Part shown: one piece after another, positions 10,584 to 21,141 of the stretch
Numbering within the stretch: position 1 is the stretch's first letter
Layout of the letters: every line of letters begins with the position of its first letter
From: Candidatus Marinacidobacterales bacterium
GTDB lineage: Bacteria; Acidobacteriota; Vicinamibacteria; Marinacidobacterales; SMYC01
NCBI GenBank assembly: GCA_965224085.1
Contig: CBDCYI010000009.1
Coordinates: 448,001 to 512,000, forward strand
DNA length: 64,000 nt
Direction of reading: 5' to 3'
Program-made: the position numbers and the translations under genes
Notes under the pieces: generated by a model
Seen by the model: the letters and a program-made list of their open reading frames with translations, nothing else
Databases searched by the model: none
What the model was told of the DNA's origin: nothing

Positions 10584-11246
10584 ATGTCTATCTGCTTCAT
10601 GGTCTTGTGGCTGCTCGCAAGAGGTGTCTCGGCTGACGCGGCTCGCGTTCAAAGTGTCGGTGCCCTGACCGGCCGCGTCGAAGTGCGGCTCGCGTCGAAG
10701 GCGCCACGCGCGCTGCCATCGGTTCGCGAGCTCGGGACACCGGAGCGACGAGGGCGTCCGGACCGGGGCCGCAGCGTCGTTTACTTGGAGACCGCGCCGC
10801 AGGGAGCGTTCGAGGTCCCGCCACCTCGCCGCGCGGTGATGGATCAACGCGAAGAGACTTTCGTCCCTTACGCGCTCCCCGTCACCGTTGGCACGACGGT
10901 GGAGTTTCCGAATAGCGACCCCATCTACCACAACGTGTTCTCGTTCTCGAAGGCGAAGCGCTTCGACCTCGGGCGCTACCCCGAAGGCCGTACCAAGACG
11001 CTGCGCTTCGACCGGCCGGGTATCGTGCGCGTTTTCTGCGAGATCCACTCGCACATGAGTGCTTTCATTCTCGTCTTCTCGCATCGGTACTACGCTTCCA
11101 CCGACGTAGAGGGGCGGTACAGGATCGACGGGGTGCCGCTCGGGGAGTACGATGTGGTCGTGTGGACGGACGGCCAGGTTCGCGGGTCTCGGTCCGTTAC
11201 GATCGGCTCCGGTGGGGCGGTGACCTTGGACTTCGTCGTGGAGTGA
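10584..11246 (+). CDS. Secreted cupredoxin-like protein with carboxypeptidase-regulatory-like domain
   Basis: FPNSDPIYHNVFS, VRVFCEIHSHMSA (H, C, H, M ligand pattern), GRYRIDGVPLGEY. Confidence 0.75.
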   Translation: MSICFMVLWLLARGVSADAARVQSVGALTGRVEVRLASKAPRALPSVRELGTPERRGRPDRGRSVVYLETAPQGAFEVPPPRRAVMDQREETFVPYALPVTVGTTVEFPNSDPIYHNVFSFSKAKRFDLGRYPEGRTKTLRFDRPGIVRVFCEIHSHMSAFILVFSHRYYASTDVEGRYRIDGVPLGEYDVVVWTDGQVRGSRSVTIGSGGAVTLDFVVE

Positions 11247-12890
11247 GCTCTGGTAAAAGCGCTTTCGTCTCTCGAGAACCGCGTTTTTCTCGCCTGCGCT
11301 TTCGTCGCAGTGCTTTCGATCGCGGTCGGGACGCACTTCGTCACCGTGCGGGTCTCTTCCGAAGCCGAAGCCGACCTTCGCCGCGGTCTCGAGGAGGCCG
11401 CGGAGCTTCTGAGCGACCACCACGCCTCCCGCACCGAGACCCTCACGCGTATGGCTTGGTTGATTGCCGATTTGCCCAAGCTGAAAGCGGCCGTCGCCAC
11501 CGGCGACGCGCCGACCGTGTTGCCCGTTGCTGCCGAGTACCGTGAGCGGGTGGGTTCGGACGTTATGATGATCCGCGACGGCGAGGGGCGCGTGCTCGCC
11601 TCGCTTGGAACGGAGGCCGCTGCCGCGTGGGACGAAGGCGCAATCTTTCAAAATACCGCCGCGGGTGTCCTTCAGATCGTGACCGTGCCCATCACGATTG
11701 GTCTCGAGCCTACCGAAGAGTTGGGTATCTTTGAGCCTCGGCTTCTTCCTGAACGACGAGCTCGCGCGCCAGCTCGGCGAGCTCACGCAGAGCGACGTCG
11801 TGCTACGCTCGGATGAGCGCGTCATCGCTACGACGGCTACGACCCTCGCTGAGATCGTCGAGGGCGAAGACTACGTCTCGGTGGCGGTGCCACTCGTCGA
11901 GGACGGTCCGGTCGCGACGCTCTTGCGTTCCCGGGAGGAACGTCTTTCGTTTCTCTCCGCGTTCCGAGAAGGGCTGTTGCTCTCGGCGCTCTTCGGCGTC
12001 CTTCTTGCGATCGTGCTCAGTTACGGCGTGGCACGGACGGTGACGCGGCCGCTTCTCGCCATCACCGAAGCCATGAGCGAGATGACATCCACCGGCGACT
12101 TGGCGCGCAAGATCGAGCTTCGGGGACGGTGGATTGACGCGGACGCTACCGTTCTCGCCCGCGCCTTCAACCGCCTCACGGAGTCGATCGCCCGCTTTCA
12201 GCGTGAGGCCGCTTCTAGAGAGAGGTTGTCCGCGCTCGGACGCATGTCGACAGTGATTGCGCATGAAATACGCAATCCGTTGATGATCATCAAGGCGTCG
12301 GTGCGGAGCTTCCGCCGGGCGAAAGGCATGGATGAGGACGTTCTCGAAGCCGCGGACGACATCGACCATGAGGTCGCGCGAATCGATCGTATCGTGGGAG
12401 ACGTTTTGGATTTTGCGCGGCCGCTGCGGCTCGACCTCCAGCCCACCGATGTTAACGCGGTGTGCCGGAGAGCGGCCCAGTCCGTCGTTGTGGGCGAGAA
12501 GGCGCCGCGGCTCGCGCTCCAGCTCGACGAGGAGCTTCCCGAGATCGTGACCGACGGCGAGCGCCTCGGCATGGCTCTCGTCAACGTGCTCGCGAACGCC
12601 CGCGACGCTGTCGTCGGCCGGTCCGGAAACGGGGGCTCCGACATCGAGCTCAAGACCGAATGCTCGGGAAAGGACGCGGTAGCCATCGTGGTGCGCGACC
12701 ACGGTGTTGGAATTGCCCAGCAGGATTTACCCAAGATCTTCGAGCCTTATTTCACTGGCAAGCGAACCGGGACAGGCCTCGGTCTTGCCATCACGAAGAA
12801 CATCATCGAATCGCTTGGAGGAACCGTCACTGCCGAAGCAATGCCACCGACGGCACCGAGATCCGATTCGACCTACTTCGAGCCGAGTGA
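11243..12890 (+). pseudogene. HAMP-domain sensor histidine kinase, frameshifted (near 11730, near 12838 and possibly at the start)
   Basis: IAHEIRNPL, NVLANARDA, DHGVGI, GTGLGL; true C-terminus GTEIRFDL lies in the frame ending at 12890. Confidence 0.85.
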
Positions 12891-12893
12891 GTC

Positions 12894-14277
12894 ATGACGA
12901 CGAGCGGCAGCATTCTCCTCGTGGATGACGAGGAGCGTATCCTCAAGAGGCTGAGCCGCGCCCTGCGCGATGACGGGCACGACGTGAGTGTGTGCGCGAG
13001 CAGCACCGAGGCGCTACGCATGTTGAACGAACGGAGCTTCGATCTGCTCGTGGTCGACCACCGCATGCCAGAGTTTTCGGGTCTCGAGCTCATTCGTGAG
13101 CTCGTCGATCTCAGTGTCAGTGTCAGTGGCTCCCCTGGGAAACGAGCGTCCGGAGATTCTCATGATGACGGCCCACGCGACTGTCGAGAACGCCATCGAA
13201 GCGATGAAGCTGGGAGCCTTCGACTACCTGCAAAAGCCTTTCGACGTAGAAGAGCTTCTCATGGTGGCAGGCCGTGCTCTCGACCACCGGAGGCTCAGGA
13301 GCGAGCATCGCTATCTGTTGAGCGAGCGTAAAGTCGAGTTCAACGATTACGGCATCGTGGGCGGAAGCCCCGCGATCCGCGGAGTGATCGAAACGCTCGA
13401 GCGGGTCGCACAATCGAAGAGCACGGTGCTCGTCACAGGCGAGACCGGAACGGGAAAAGAGCTCGCCGCCCGCGCCATCCACGACCGGAGTGCTGAGCGC
13501 GACATGCCGCTCATCAAAGTGAATTGCGCTGCCATCCCTGAGACCCTTCTCGAATCCGAGCTTTTCGGCCATGTGAAAGGTGCTTTTACGAACGCGACCA
13601 CGAACAAGAAAGGGAAATTTTCGCTCGCGCATGGAAGCTCGATCCTGCTCGATGAGATCGGTCTCATGAGTACGGAGCTCCAAGCCAAGCTTCTGCGTGT
13701 TCTGCAAGAGCGCGAGTTCGAGCCGCTGGGATCCGAGACGACGCAAAGAGTCGACGTGCGCGTTATCGCCTCGACGAACCGCGATTTGGCAAAGCTGATT
13801 GCGGAAGGGAAGTTTCACGAAGACCTCTATTACCGCTTGAGCGTCATCCCGATCGAGCTCCCGTCGCTCAGGGAGCGTCGGGAGGACATTCCGTTGCTCG
13901 TCGCTCACTTTGTCGACAAGCACCAGAGGCGCACGGGCGAGCGCATCGAGAGCATGGCCCCGGAAGTGCTCGAGTTTCTGGGAAACTATGAATGGCCCGG
14001 CAATGTGCGAGAGCTCGAGAACACCATCGAGCGCGCCGTTGTTCTCGCGGACGGTCCCGAGATCGGTCTCGCCGAGATTTCGCTGCCCGCCGCGGTAAGC
14101 GCAGCGCCCGGCGAGCTTCCCTCAGCCAAACTTCACGACAACGTTGCCTGGGTGGAGCGCGAGTCTATCCGCCGCGCGCTCGACCGCGCGAAAGGTGTCA
14201 AGAAAACCGCCGCCGAGACGCTCGGTATCAGCCAGCGCGCCCTGAGCTATTATTTGAAGAAGTTTGATTTCGACTAA
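12894..14277 (+). pseudogene. Sigma-54-dependent NtrC-family response regulator, one frameshift near 13135
   Basis: ILLVDDE receiver domain; GETGTGKE, ELFGHVKGAFTNA, WPGNVRELEN, C-terminal Fis-type HTH. Confidence 0.9.
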
Positions 14278-14311
14278 TAAGACATTCGTGAAGAAGGACC
14301 GAGGCCGACCC

Positions 14312-15661
14312 ATGAACATTCTAGGGAGCATGCTGCTCATGACCATGATGGTAGGGGTGCCCCAAGAGGGCGCGGAGGGGAAAGTCTTTCCTTACCCCAT
14401 CGACGTTCACGATTTCGACAACGGGCTGCGACTCGTTGGTGTCCAGTTCGACAGCCCGGGGCTCGCCGCGTACTACACCGTCGTGCGCGTCGGGGCGCGC
14501 CAGGAAGTCGACGAAGGCAAGAGCGGCTTCGCGCATTTCTTCGAGCACATGATGTTTCGTGGCACCGAGGCCTTCTCTGAGGAAAAGTATAACGACGTCT
14601 TGCGCGCCATCGGCGCAGATTCGAACGCCTATACGTCCTCGGATCGCACCGTCTATCACATCCTCGCGAGCTCCCGCTCGCTTCCCCGAACCATCGAGAT
14701 CGAGGCCGATCGCTTTAGGCGTTTGAAATACGAGAAAGCGCAGTTCCAGAAAGAGGCAGGTGCCGTGCTCGGGGAGTACAAAAAGAGCGCCGCCAATCCC
14801 TTCATGGGCCTCTTCGAGAAGCTCCAGGACACGGCCTATGATGTTCACCCTTATCAGCACAGGGTCATCGGCTTTCTGAAAGACATCGAAGCGATGCCGA
14901 CCCTTTACGATTACAGCCTCGAGTTCTTCGACCACTTCTACCGGCCCGAATATGTGACGCTCCTCGTTGTGGGCGACTACGATTGGGCGGAGCTCCAAAA
15001 AGACGTCGAGGAGAAATATGGCGACTGGAAGCGTGGCGGCTATGTAGCCGACATCCCAAAAGAGCCGCCGCAGAACGAACCTCGTGAAGCGATCGTCTCC
15101 TGGCCGGCGCCGACGCTCCCCATTCTCGCCATCGCTTATCGCGCGCCCGCGTTCAGCACCGACCGCATCGACATGCCCGGCCTCGATGTGCTGTCCCAAG
15201 TGCATTTCGGCTCGACCTCTCCCATCAACCAGGAGCTCGTGATCGAGAAGCAGTGGGTCGACTTCATTTCCGCGGGCGCGACAGATCAGGCGGACCCTCC
15301 GCTTTTTACCGTCCTCACGCGCGTGCGCGAGCCGGATAAGCTCGAAGAAGTTCGCGCGATGCTGCTCGCTGAAATGGAGCGCATCTCGGAAGAGCTCGCC
15401 GACAGCGACAAGCTCGAAGCGACGAAGAGCCACATGAAGTATCAGTTCCTGATGGGTCTCGATACAGCGGATTCGGTGGCCAACACCATGGCCCACTATC
15501 TCTCGCTGACCAACGACCCCGAGACCGTCAATCGGGTTTACGAGCTCTACGATTCGGTGACGGTCGAGGATGTGCGCAGCCTCGCGAAGAAATATTTTCG
15601 GCCGGAGAACCGGACGATGGTGACGTTGACACAAAGCCCCGAAGTGAAAGGTGAGGACTAG
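14312..15661 (+). CDS. M16 family zinc peptidase, catalytic subunit
   Basis: GFAHFFEHMMFRGT, NAYTS; intact ORF. Confidence 0.9.
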   Translation: MNILGSMLLMTMMVGVPQEGAEGKVFPYPIDVHDFDNGLRLVGVQFDSPGLAAYYTVVRVGARQEVDEGKSGFAHFFEHMMFRGTEAFSEEKYNDVLRAIGADSNAYTSSDRTVYHILASSRSLPRTIEIEADRFRRLKYEKAQFQKEAGAVLGEYKKSAANPFMGLFEKLQDTAYDVHPYQHRVIGFLKDIEAMPTLYDYSLEFFDHFYRPEYVTLLVVGDYDWAELQKDVEEKYGDWKRGGYVADIPKEPPQNEPREAIVSWPAPTLPILAIAYRAPAFSTDRIDMPGLDVLSQVHFGSTSPINQELVIEKQWVDFISAGATDQADPPLFTVLTRVREPDKLEEVRAMLLAEMERISEELADSDKLEATKSHMKYQFLMGLDTADSVANTMAHYLSLTNDPETVNRVYELYDSVTVEDVRSLAKKYFRPENRTMVTLTQSPEVKGED

Positions 15662-15664
15662 ATC

Positions 15665-17161
15665 ATGCGATTCTTGGCCTTGCTCTTGACCGTGCTCGTT
15701 TTCGCGAGCGCTCGGCTCACCGTCGGCGAAGAGCGCAACACCGTTTTGCTGAATAGCCCGGGGAACCCGCTCGTGAGCTTTCGCCTCGTCTTCCACGTCG
15801 GCTCGAGCCAGGACCCGCCGGGAAAAGAAGGCCTCGCGGCGCTCACATCGCTCATGTTGAGCCAAGGCGGCACGGAAGAGCTTTCGCTGACCGAGGTCAT
15901 GGAGGCTCTCTATCCAATGGCCGCGGGTGTCTCGGCGCAGCCCGACAAAGAAGTGACGACCTTCATCGGGCGCGCCCATCGCGATCACTTGGAGCAGTTT
16001 TTCTCGATCTTCCGCGAGCGGATTCAAAAGCCGCGCTTCGATCCGGCGGATTTCGAGCGGAACAAGAATCAGCTGCTCAACTTCCTCACCAAATCCCTTC
16101 GAAGCGCCAATGACGAAGAGCTCGGAAAGCAATCGCTCGAATGGGTGATGTATGAAGGCCATCCCTACCGCCACCCCGTACAAGGAACGGTGCAGGGTGT
16201 CGAGTCGTTAACACTCGACGACGTGAAGGCGTTCTACCGCGAGCGCTACACTTTCGAGAATCTTCAAATCGGTCTCGCTGGCGATTTTCCCGAGGGCTTC
16301 CCGGAGCGCGTCCGCGACGACTTCAAAAACGCGCTTCCGTCGAGCGCTACAAAGGCGGCCCTTCTTTTTAAAGTGGCGCGCGGAAAAGGGCTCGATGTGA
16401 CCATCGTCGAGCGCGACGGGGCGGATTCCACCGCTGTCAGCCTAGGCTTTCCCATCGACCTCACGCGGGCCGACGACGATTTCTATCCGCTTCTGGTCGC
16501 GAACATCTACCTAGGCGATCACCGCAGCTTCAATGGGGTGCTGATGAACGAGCTCCGCGCCAAACGCGGATTGAACTATGGCGACTATTCCTATATCGAG
16601 AATTTCATCCAGGACGGAGGGAGCACGTTTCCCGTGCCGAACGTGCCGCGCCGGCAGCAATATTTCAGCATCTGGATCCGCCCGGTCGCACCCGAGAACG
16701 CGCATTTCGCTCTGCGTGGCGCCATTTTCTATTTGCGCCGCCTCGTGGAAGACGGGATGTCGGAAGATGACTTCGAAGGGATGCGCGAGTACATCATGAG
16801 CTATTCGAAGCTCTGGGCGCAGAACCTCGACCGTCGGCTCGGCTACGAGCTCGACTCGAGCTTCTATCAGACGGGCTCTTACATCCAGGAGATCGAAAAA
16901 AGGCTGCGCTCTATGACGCCGGCGGACGTCAACCGCGCGGCGAAGAAATATCTCGACCGGTGGGATTTCGACGTGGCGATGGTGGCCGCGAGCACTGGAC
17001 CTCTCGCGGAGGCGGTTCGCGCCAACGCGAAAAGCCCCATCACGTATCAGACACCGGGAACGGCCGAAGAGGTGCTCGCGGAAGACAAATCGATCGAAGT
17101 GCTCGAGCTTCCCATCGACAACGTCCGCGTGGTCCCAGTCGCGGAGTTGTTCGAGAAATAA
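15665..17161 (+). CDS. M16 family peptidase, non-catalytic subunit
   Basis: DPPGKEGLAALT, ELRAKRGLNYGDYS; no HxxEH. Confidence 0.88.
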   Translation: MRFLALLLTVLVFASARLTVGEERNTVLLNSPGNPLVSFRLVFHVGSSQDPPGKEGLAALTSLMLSQGGTEELSLTEVMEALYPMAAGVSAQPDKEVTTFIGRAHRDHLEQFFSIFRERIQKPRFDPADFERNKNQLLNFLTKSLRSANDEELGKQSLEWVMYEGHPYRHPVQGTVQGVESLTLDDVKAFYRERYTFENLQIGLAGDFPEGFPERVRDDFKNALPSSATKAALLFKVARGKGLDVTIVERDGADSTAVSLGFPIDLTRADDDFYPLLVANIYLGDHRSFNGVLMNELRAKRGLNYGDYSYIENFIQDGGSTFPVPNVPRRQQYFSIWIRPVAPENAHFALRGAIFYLRRLVEDGMSEDDFEGMREYIMSYSKLWAQNLDRRLGYELDSSFYQTGSYIQEIEKRLRSMTPADVNRAAKKYLDRWDFDVAMVAASTGPLAEAVRANAKSPITYQTPGTAEEVLAEDKSIEVLELPIDNVRVVPVAELFEK

Positions 17162-17319
17162 TAAGAACGGCAATCGTCACCTCAGCCGGACGGGCTGGCT
17201 CTCCTCGTCCGCTGGCGTCCACTCGACGTGAGCATTCTGTGCGCGGCGGCGTTGACGCGCGCCGTCGTCTTTCTCTACCTCATCGTCGAGAACGTGCCAC
17301 AGGGTTGAGCCTGCTCCAC

Positions 17320-17440
17320 AGATACAAGAACGGTCGCGTCGCTCGTGCTCCCCGGCTCGGTGACGCCTGGACAGCCGACGATGAACGGCATAAGGAGCGA
17401 CTCTTCGTACATCCAGCGCATGTCGAACCAGCCGATGGCG
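17320..17440 (-). pseudogene. Sulfatase fragment
   Basis: Translates GWFDMRWMYEESLLMPFIVGCPGVTEPGS, resembling the sulfatase motif HGWFDKRWMYEESLRMP. Confidence 0.6.
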
Positions 17441-17467
17441 CTCTTTCTCACCGAGGCTATTGCGGCC

Positions 17468-17633
17468 CTAGTCCCCTGGAACAGAGATTCGTAACCTAAA
17501 TCTCGGGCCCTTTTGCGCGCTGGCTGCGTTGTTTCTCCTCGAAATATCCCAATATGACTTCGTCGTCAACGCCTTGCCAGCCCACAAAATGACCTCGAGC
17601 TTTAGGCCACGAACCTCTGTTCCAGGGGACTAG
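17468..17633. mobile_element. MITE-like palindromic element (~166 bp) bounded by CTAG
   Basis: CTAGTCCCCTGGAACAGAG ... CTCTGTTCCAGGGGACTAG perfect outer inverted repeat, extending imperfectly for about 65 bp. Confidence 0.8.
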
Positions 17634-18337
17634 TCGAGCTCGGTCAGGAGGTGCCGGAGCTCGTCCTCAATCTGGTCAGGGCCCGCCACGGTCTCGGCGA
17701 TCTCCTCGCGCAATATCTCGCCAAAACGTCGTCGCAATCGATGGACGGACACTTTGACGGCCCCTTCGCTCGTTCCGAGCTCCGCGGCCGCCTCGCGGTA
17801 CGGAGAAGCGGGCTCTTCTCCGATGAGGTAGCCCTTGAGCCTTTCGAATTGCTGTGACTTGCCCGCCTGGGAGGATTGTTCGCGCAGCCGGCTGAGAACT
17901 CGCTCGAGAACCGTCATCGCCCAACGTTTCTCGAACGCCCGCTCCGGCGTCATCTCGTCCACCAGTGCCGTCGCGTAGCGCTTTTCCGCGGTAGCCACGT
18001 CGAGCGAAATCGGCGCCCGGCCGGGATTCCTTTTCCCTGCTCGAGCCTTGTCCCGCTCGTCGGAAAGGAAGTGCTTCAGCGACACCAACAGAAAGGAGCG
18101 AAACCGACCCGACTGCGGCTTGACGTCCCGTAGATAGTTCTTTTCGAACAATCGCAGGAAATACGCCTGGATCAGATCCCGGGCGGCGTCTTCATCGTAG
18201 CCCTGTCGCCGAATGAAGGCATACAGCGGATACCAATAAGCTTCGCATAAGCTCGTGAGAGCTTCTCGGCCTTCACGGGTGTTGTCGTGAGCCGCCGCCA
18301 GCACGAGGCTCCAATGCGTCGTCTGAAAGCGGCTCAT
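17630..18337 (-). CDS. ECF sigma-70 factor (type usually linked to Ser/Thr kinases)
   Basis: RFQTTHWSLV, LCEAYWYPLYAFIRRQG, GRFRSFLL, AVKVSVHRLRRR. Confidence 0.9.
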   Translation of the reverse strand: MSRFQTTHWSLVLAAAHDNTREGREALTSLCEAYWYPLYAFIRRQGYDEDAARDLIQAYFLRLFEKNYLRDVKPQSGRFRSFLLVSLKHFLSDERDKARAGKRNPGRAPISLDVATAEKRYATALVDEMTPERAFEKRWAMTVLERVLSRLREQSSQAGKSQQFERLKGYLIGEEPASPYREAAAELGTSEGAVKVSVHRLRRRFGEILREEIAETVAGPDQIEDELRHLLTELD

Positions 18338-18578
18338 AAAGAGGTTGCGTCGGGAATCATCATCGTGCCCCGTGGTGGCGAAACAGCCGTGGGACGGCTG
18401 AGACGAGTGAAGTTTAATGTGAGAACGGGTGTGTTGCGAACGCCGCTTTCAAAAATGCCTTCGCGCCCGAGTTAGACGCAACGTACCTTTTTCTTTTGAC
18501 CCTGGTTGGCAGGGAAAAAGGCGGCCTCGCCCCCGGGTTTGCCCTATGCCCGCTGGGGGCTGCGGTCATTGAGTTGGC

Positions 18579-19319
18579 TTAATCTAGACCGGTCACTAGA
18601 TAGAGCTCGGACATGTGGCGGACGAAAGTATACGCGTAGTACCTCCCATCAGGAGTCAGGACGATGGGAGTATTGCCCGAGATTCTCGCGGGATCCAGCA
18701 GGAACTCGTGCCAAATCTCGCGCCGCCCGCTGGCCAAATCCACTCGATACACTTCCGTGCGCCCGGCCTCTACGAGATCGCGACGCACGTAGAGCGAGTG
18801 ACCGTCTGCGCTCCACTGAATCGGAATCTCCGAGGCGGCCACGCCCGGCACGGACCGCGCCTCACCGTCGTGCACCGAGATGAGGAGTGCTTCGCCGTTT
18901 TCACCGGGCATCACGACGCGCGCGCCCTCGGGCGAGACGAGCGGTCTCGTTGGAAAACGCGCTGAGGATCGGACCGTTCGTTCGGAAGCGAGAGCTTTCC
19001 GCTCACCGGTGGCGAGCTCTAGAACATAGGCGCGCACCTCCTGCTCTGGCTCGCGGCCCAAAAGGAGCACACGCTTGCCGTCGGGAAACCAGCTCGCGCC
19101 GAGGCAGTCGAAGTTGTCCTCGGTCAAGCGACGGGTTTCCCCCGCCCCGGCTGGAAGAAGCCACAGCTCATTGCGCTGCAGGAGAGAGCCGCGCCAGCTG
19201 ATCGCGAGGATCCATTGTCCATCCGGCGAGAGTCCGATAGCTTCTCCCGGGCCCAGCCGAACAGCCGGCGAGCCGTCGGTTTTTCGGAGATATACCCCTT
19301 GGCCTTCTCCTCCGCCCCC
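18579..19319 (-). pseudogene. C-terminal TolB/PD40 beta-propeller, probably from a Ser/Thr kinase; 5' part lost at IS5
   Basis: VYLRKTDGSPAVRLG, LSPDGQW, WFPDGKR, WSADG, LTPDGRYYAY..SELYLVTGL; frameshift near 19180. Confidence 0.7.
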
Positions 19320-20406
19320 GGCGTTGTTGCACCGCTCTTGGCTGAGCGCGAAATCTACCTATGGTGGTGGCCGAGGTAATGTTCGACCATGAAGTATCCC
19401 AAGCGCAGCCAGTACAAGCACGCGAAGCAGAAGAAGTACCACGTTTCCAACTGGGCGGAATACAACGAAGGGCTGCGCCGCCGGGGCGATTTGACGGTCT
19501 GGTTTGACGAGGAGGCAATCGCGAACTGGAAGGCCGACAAGAGCGGTAAGCCTGGCGGTCAACGGGTCTATTCAGAGATGGCGATTGAAACGGGCCTGGT
19601 TGTCCGGATGGTGTACAAGCTTGCCTACCGCCAAACCGAAGGCTTCTTGCACTCGATCGCCTCGCTTCTCCGGCTGTGTATCGAGATCCCGGACTACTCG
19701 ACGTTGTGTCGGCGGTCGAGGCTGCTCCGCAAGAAGCTGCGGATTCGGAAAGCCGCAAGCAATCAACCAATCCACCTGATGATCGATAGCACGGGCTTGA
19801 GGATTCATGTTGGAACCACCCGCAAACCGCCAAAGCAGCGCGCCTGGCGCAAGTTGCACATCGCCGTTGATCGCAAGACCGGCAACATTGTTGCGTCCGA
19901 ACTGACGGCGTCACGAGCTCGCGACGCAACGCGAGTCCCCCCTTTGCTAACACAGATTCAAGCACCTATAGCGTCGGTGGCGGCGGACAGTGCATACGAC
20001 AAGGAAGCGGTCTACGAAGCCATCGAAGCGCACAGCCCTGGACGAAGGACGCGCGTGGTGATTCCGCCGCAACGAAACGCCACGCTCAGTCAGAATTCGA
20101 ACACCGCCATGCGGGAACGCGACCGCCATATTCGTGCCATCGAAAGACACGGCCGACGTGAATGGTACAAGCTCTCAGGCTGCACCGAGCGAAGCATGGT
20201 GGAGAACGCGGTCTATCGTTACAAGGCGATCATGGGGCCCGAGATGCGGGCTCGAACGTTGGCGAGGCAACGAGTTGAACACAGAATTGGGTGCGAGATA
20301 CTCAACAAGATGACCGCGCTCGGCATGCCCGATACTTACTGCGCCGGGTGACTCTCCGACCGGCACAGGGAGGTCAGCGATTTGCTCCGGGCCGTGCAAC
20401 AACGCC
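19320..20406 (+). mobile_element. IS5-family element (IS903-like), 1087 bp
   Basis: TIR GGCGTTGTTGCAC / GTGCAACAACGCC; no flanking direct repeat. Confidence 0.9.
19389..20351 (+). CDS. IS5-family transposase
   Basis: NWAEYNEGLRRRGDLT, PDYSTLCRR, IDSTG, WRKLHIAVD, ADSAYD, RSMVENAVYRYK. Confidence 0.93.
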   Translation: MKYPKRSQYKHAKQKKYHVSNWAEYNEGLRRRGDLTVWFDEEAIANWKADKSGKPGGQRVYSEMAIETGLVVRMVYKLAYRQTEGFLHSIASLLRLCIEIPDYSTLCRRSRLLRKKLRIRKAASNQPIHLMIDSTGLRIHVGTTRKPPKQRAWRKLHIAVDRKTGNIVASELTASRARDATRVPPLLTQIQAPIASVAADSAYDKEAVYEAIEAHSPGRRTRVVIPPQRNATLSQNSNTAMRERDRHIRAIERHGRREWYKLSGCTERSMVENAVYRYKAIMGPEMRARTLARQRVEHRIGCEILNKMTALGMPDTYCAG

Positions 20407-21138
20407 TGTCGACCCTCGACCTCGTACTCGACCGAGGTGTCTTGCGCGTAGCGGTGGCCTACACACCGCCCCCCGAAGAGGGTTCGCACCCGGAGTTCTA
20501 CCTGCATCCGAAGACGGGGGAGCCGAGCGGCGTCGTATGCGAGCTGAGCCGGATCATGGCCCGGGAGCTCGGTGTCCGGCCGGAGTTCGTGGACTTTGCC
20601 TGGTCCCAACACATGAAGGCACTTCTCGACGGCGACAGTCGACCTGTTGATGAGCTACACGAACACGCCCGAGCGGGCTCTCCACGTGGACTTCGCCGGT
20701 CCCCTGCTGCCCTCCGACATCGTCGTGATGGTCAGAAACGAAGGCGGGATCGAGAGCACCGCCGCACTGGACGAACCGTCGAGTTGCATCGGAGTGGAAA
20801 AGGGCTCTTCGATCGTCCGCGTCGCCCAGCGTCACTTCTCTCGCGCCCGGGTCCTGGAATCGACGTCGCCGGCGCCCGCGCTCAAAAACGGAGAGTTCGA
20901 TGCCTGGGTGACCGACGCGGTCACGCGCATCTTCATGAAACAGAATCTCGAGTTCGGTCTTCTTCGAGAACGGGACGGTCGACTCCTCGTCCTTGCCCGC
21001 GAGTACGGTCACCCCGCGGTGCGGCAAAATGATCCGAAGTTCCTGAACTGGGTCCGGAACTGGCTCCAGTATCACACCGCACAAGGGACCATCGACTACT
21101 GGTGCCACGAGTATTGGTTCTCCTGGATGGCCGATTGA
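20407..21138 (+). pseudogene. Polar amino-acid ABC substrate-binding protein (family 3), 5'-truncated by IS5, frameshift near 20635
   Basis: RGVLRVA, RELGVRPEFV, TNTPERALHVDF. Confidence 0.7.
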
Positions 21139-21141
21139 GTT

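Noticed and set aside
13111-13128. (TCAGTG)x3 as a phase-variation switch in the response regulator
   Set aside because: A 6-bp unit preserves frame; the frameshift is a separate single-base indel nearby.
5731-16183. Long antisense ORFs (5731-6738, 10506-11825, 14321-16183 and similar)
   Set aside because: Shadow ORFs of GC-rich genes on the opposite strand, with no recognisable motifs.
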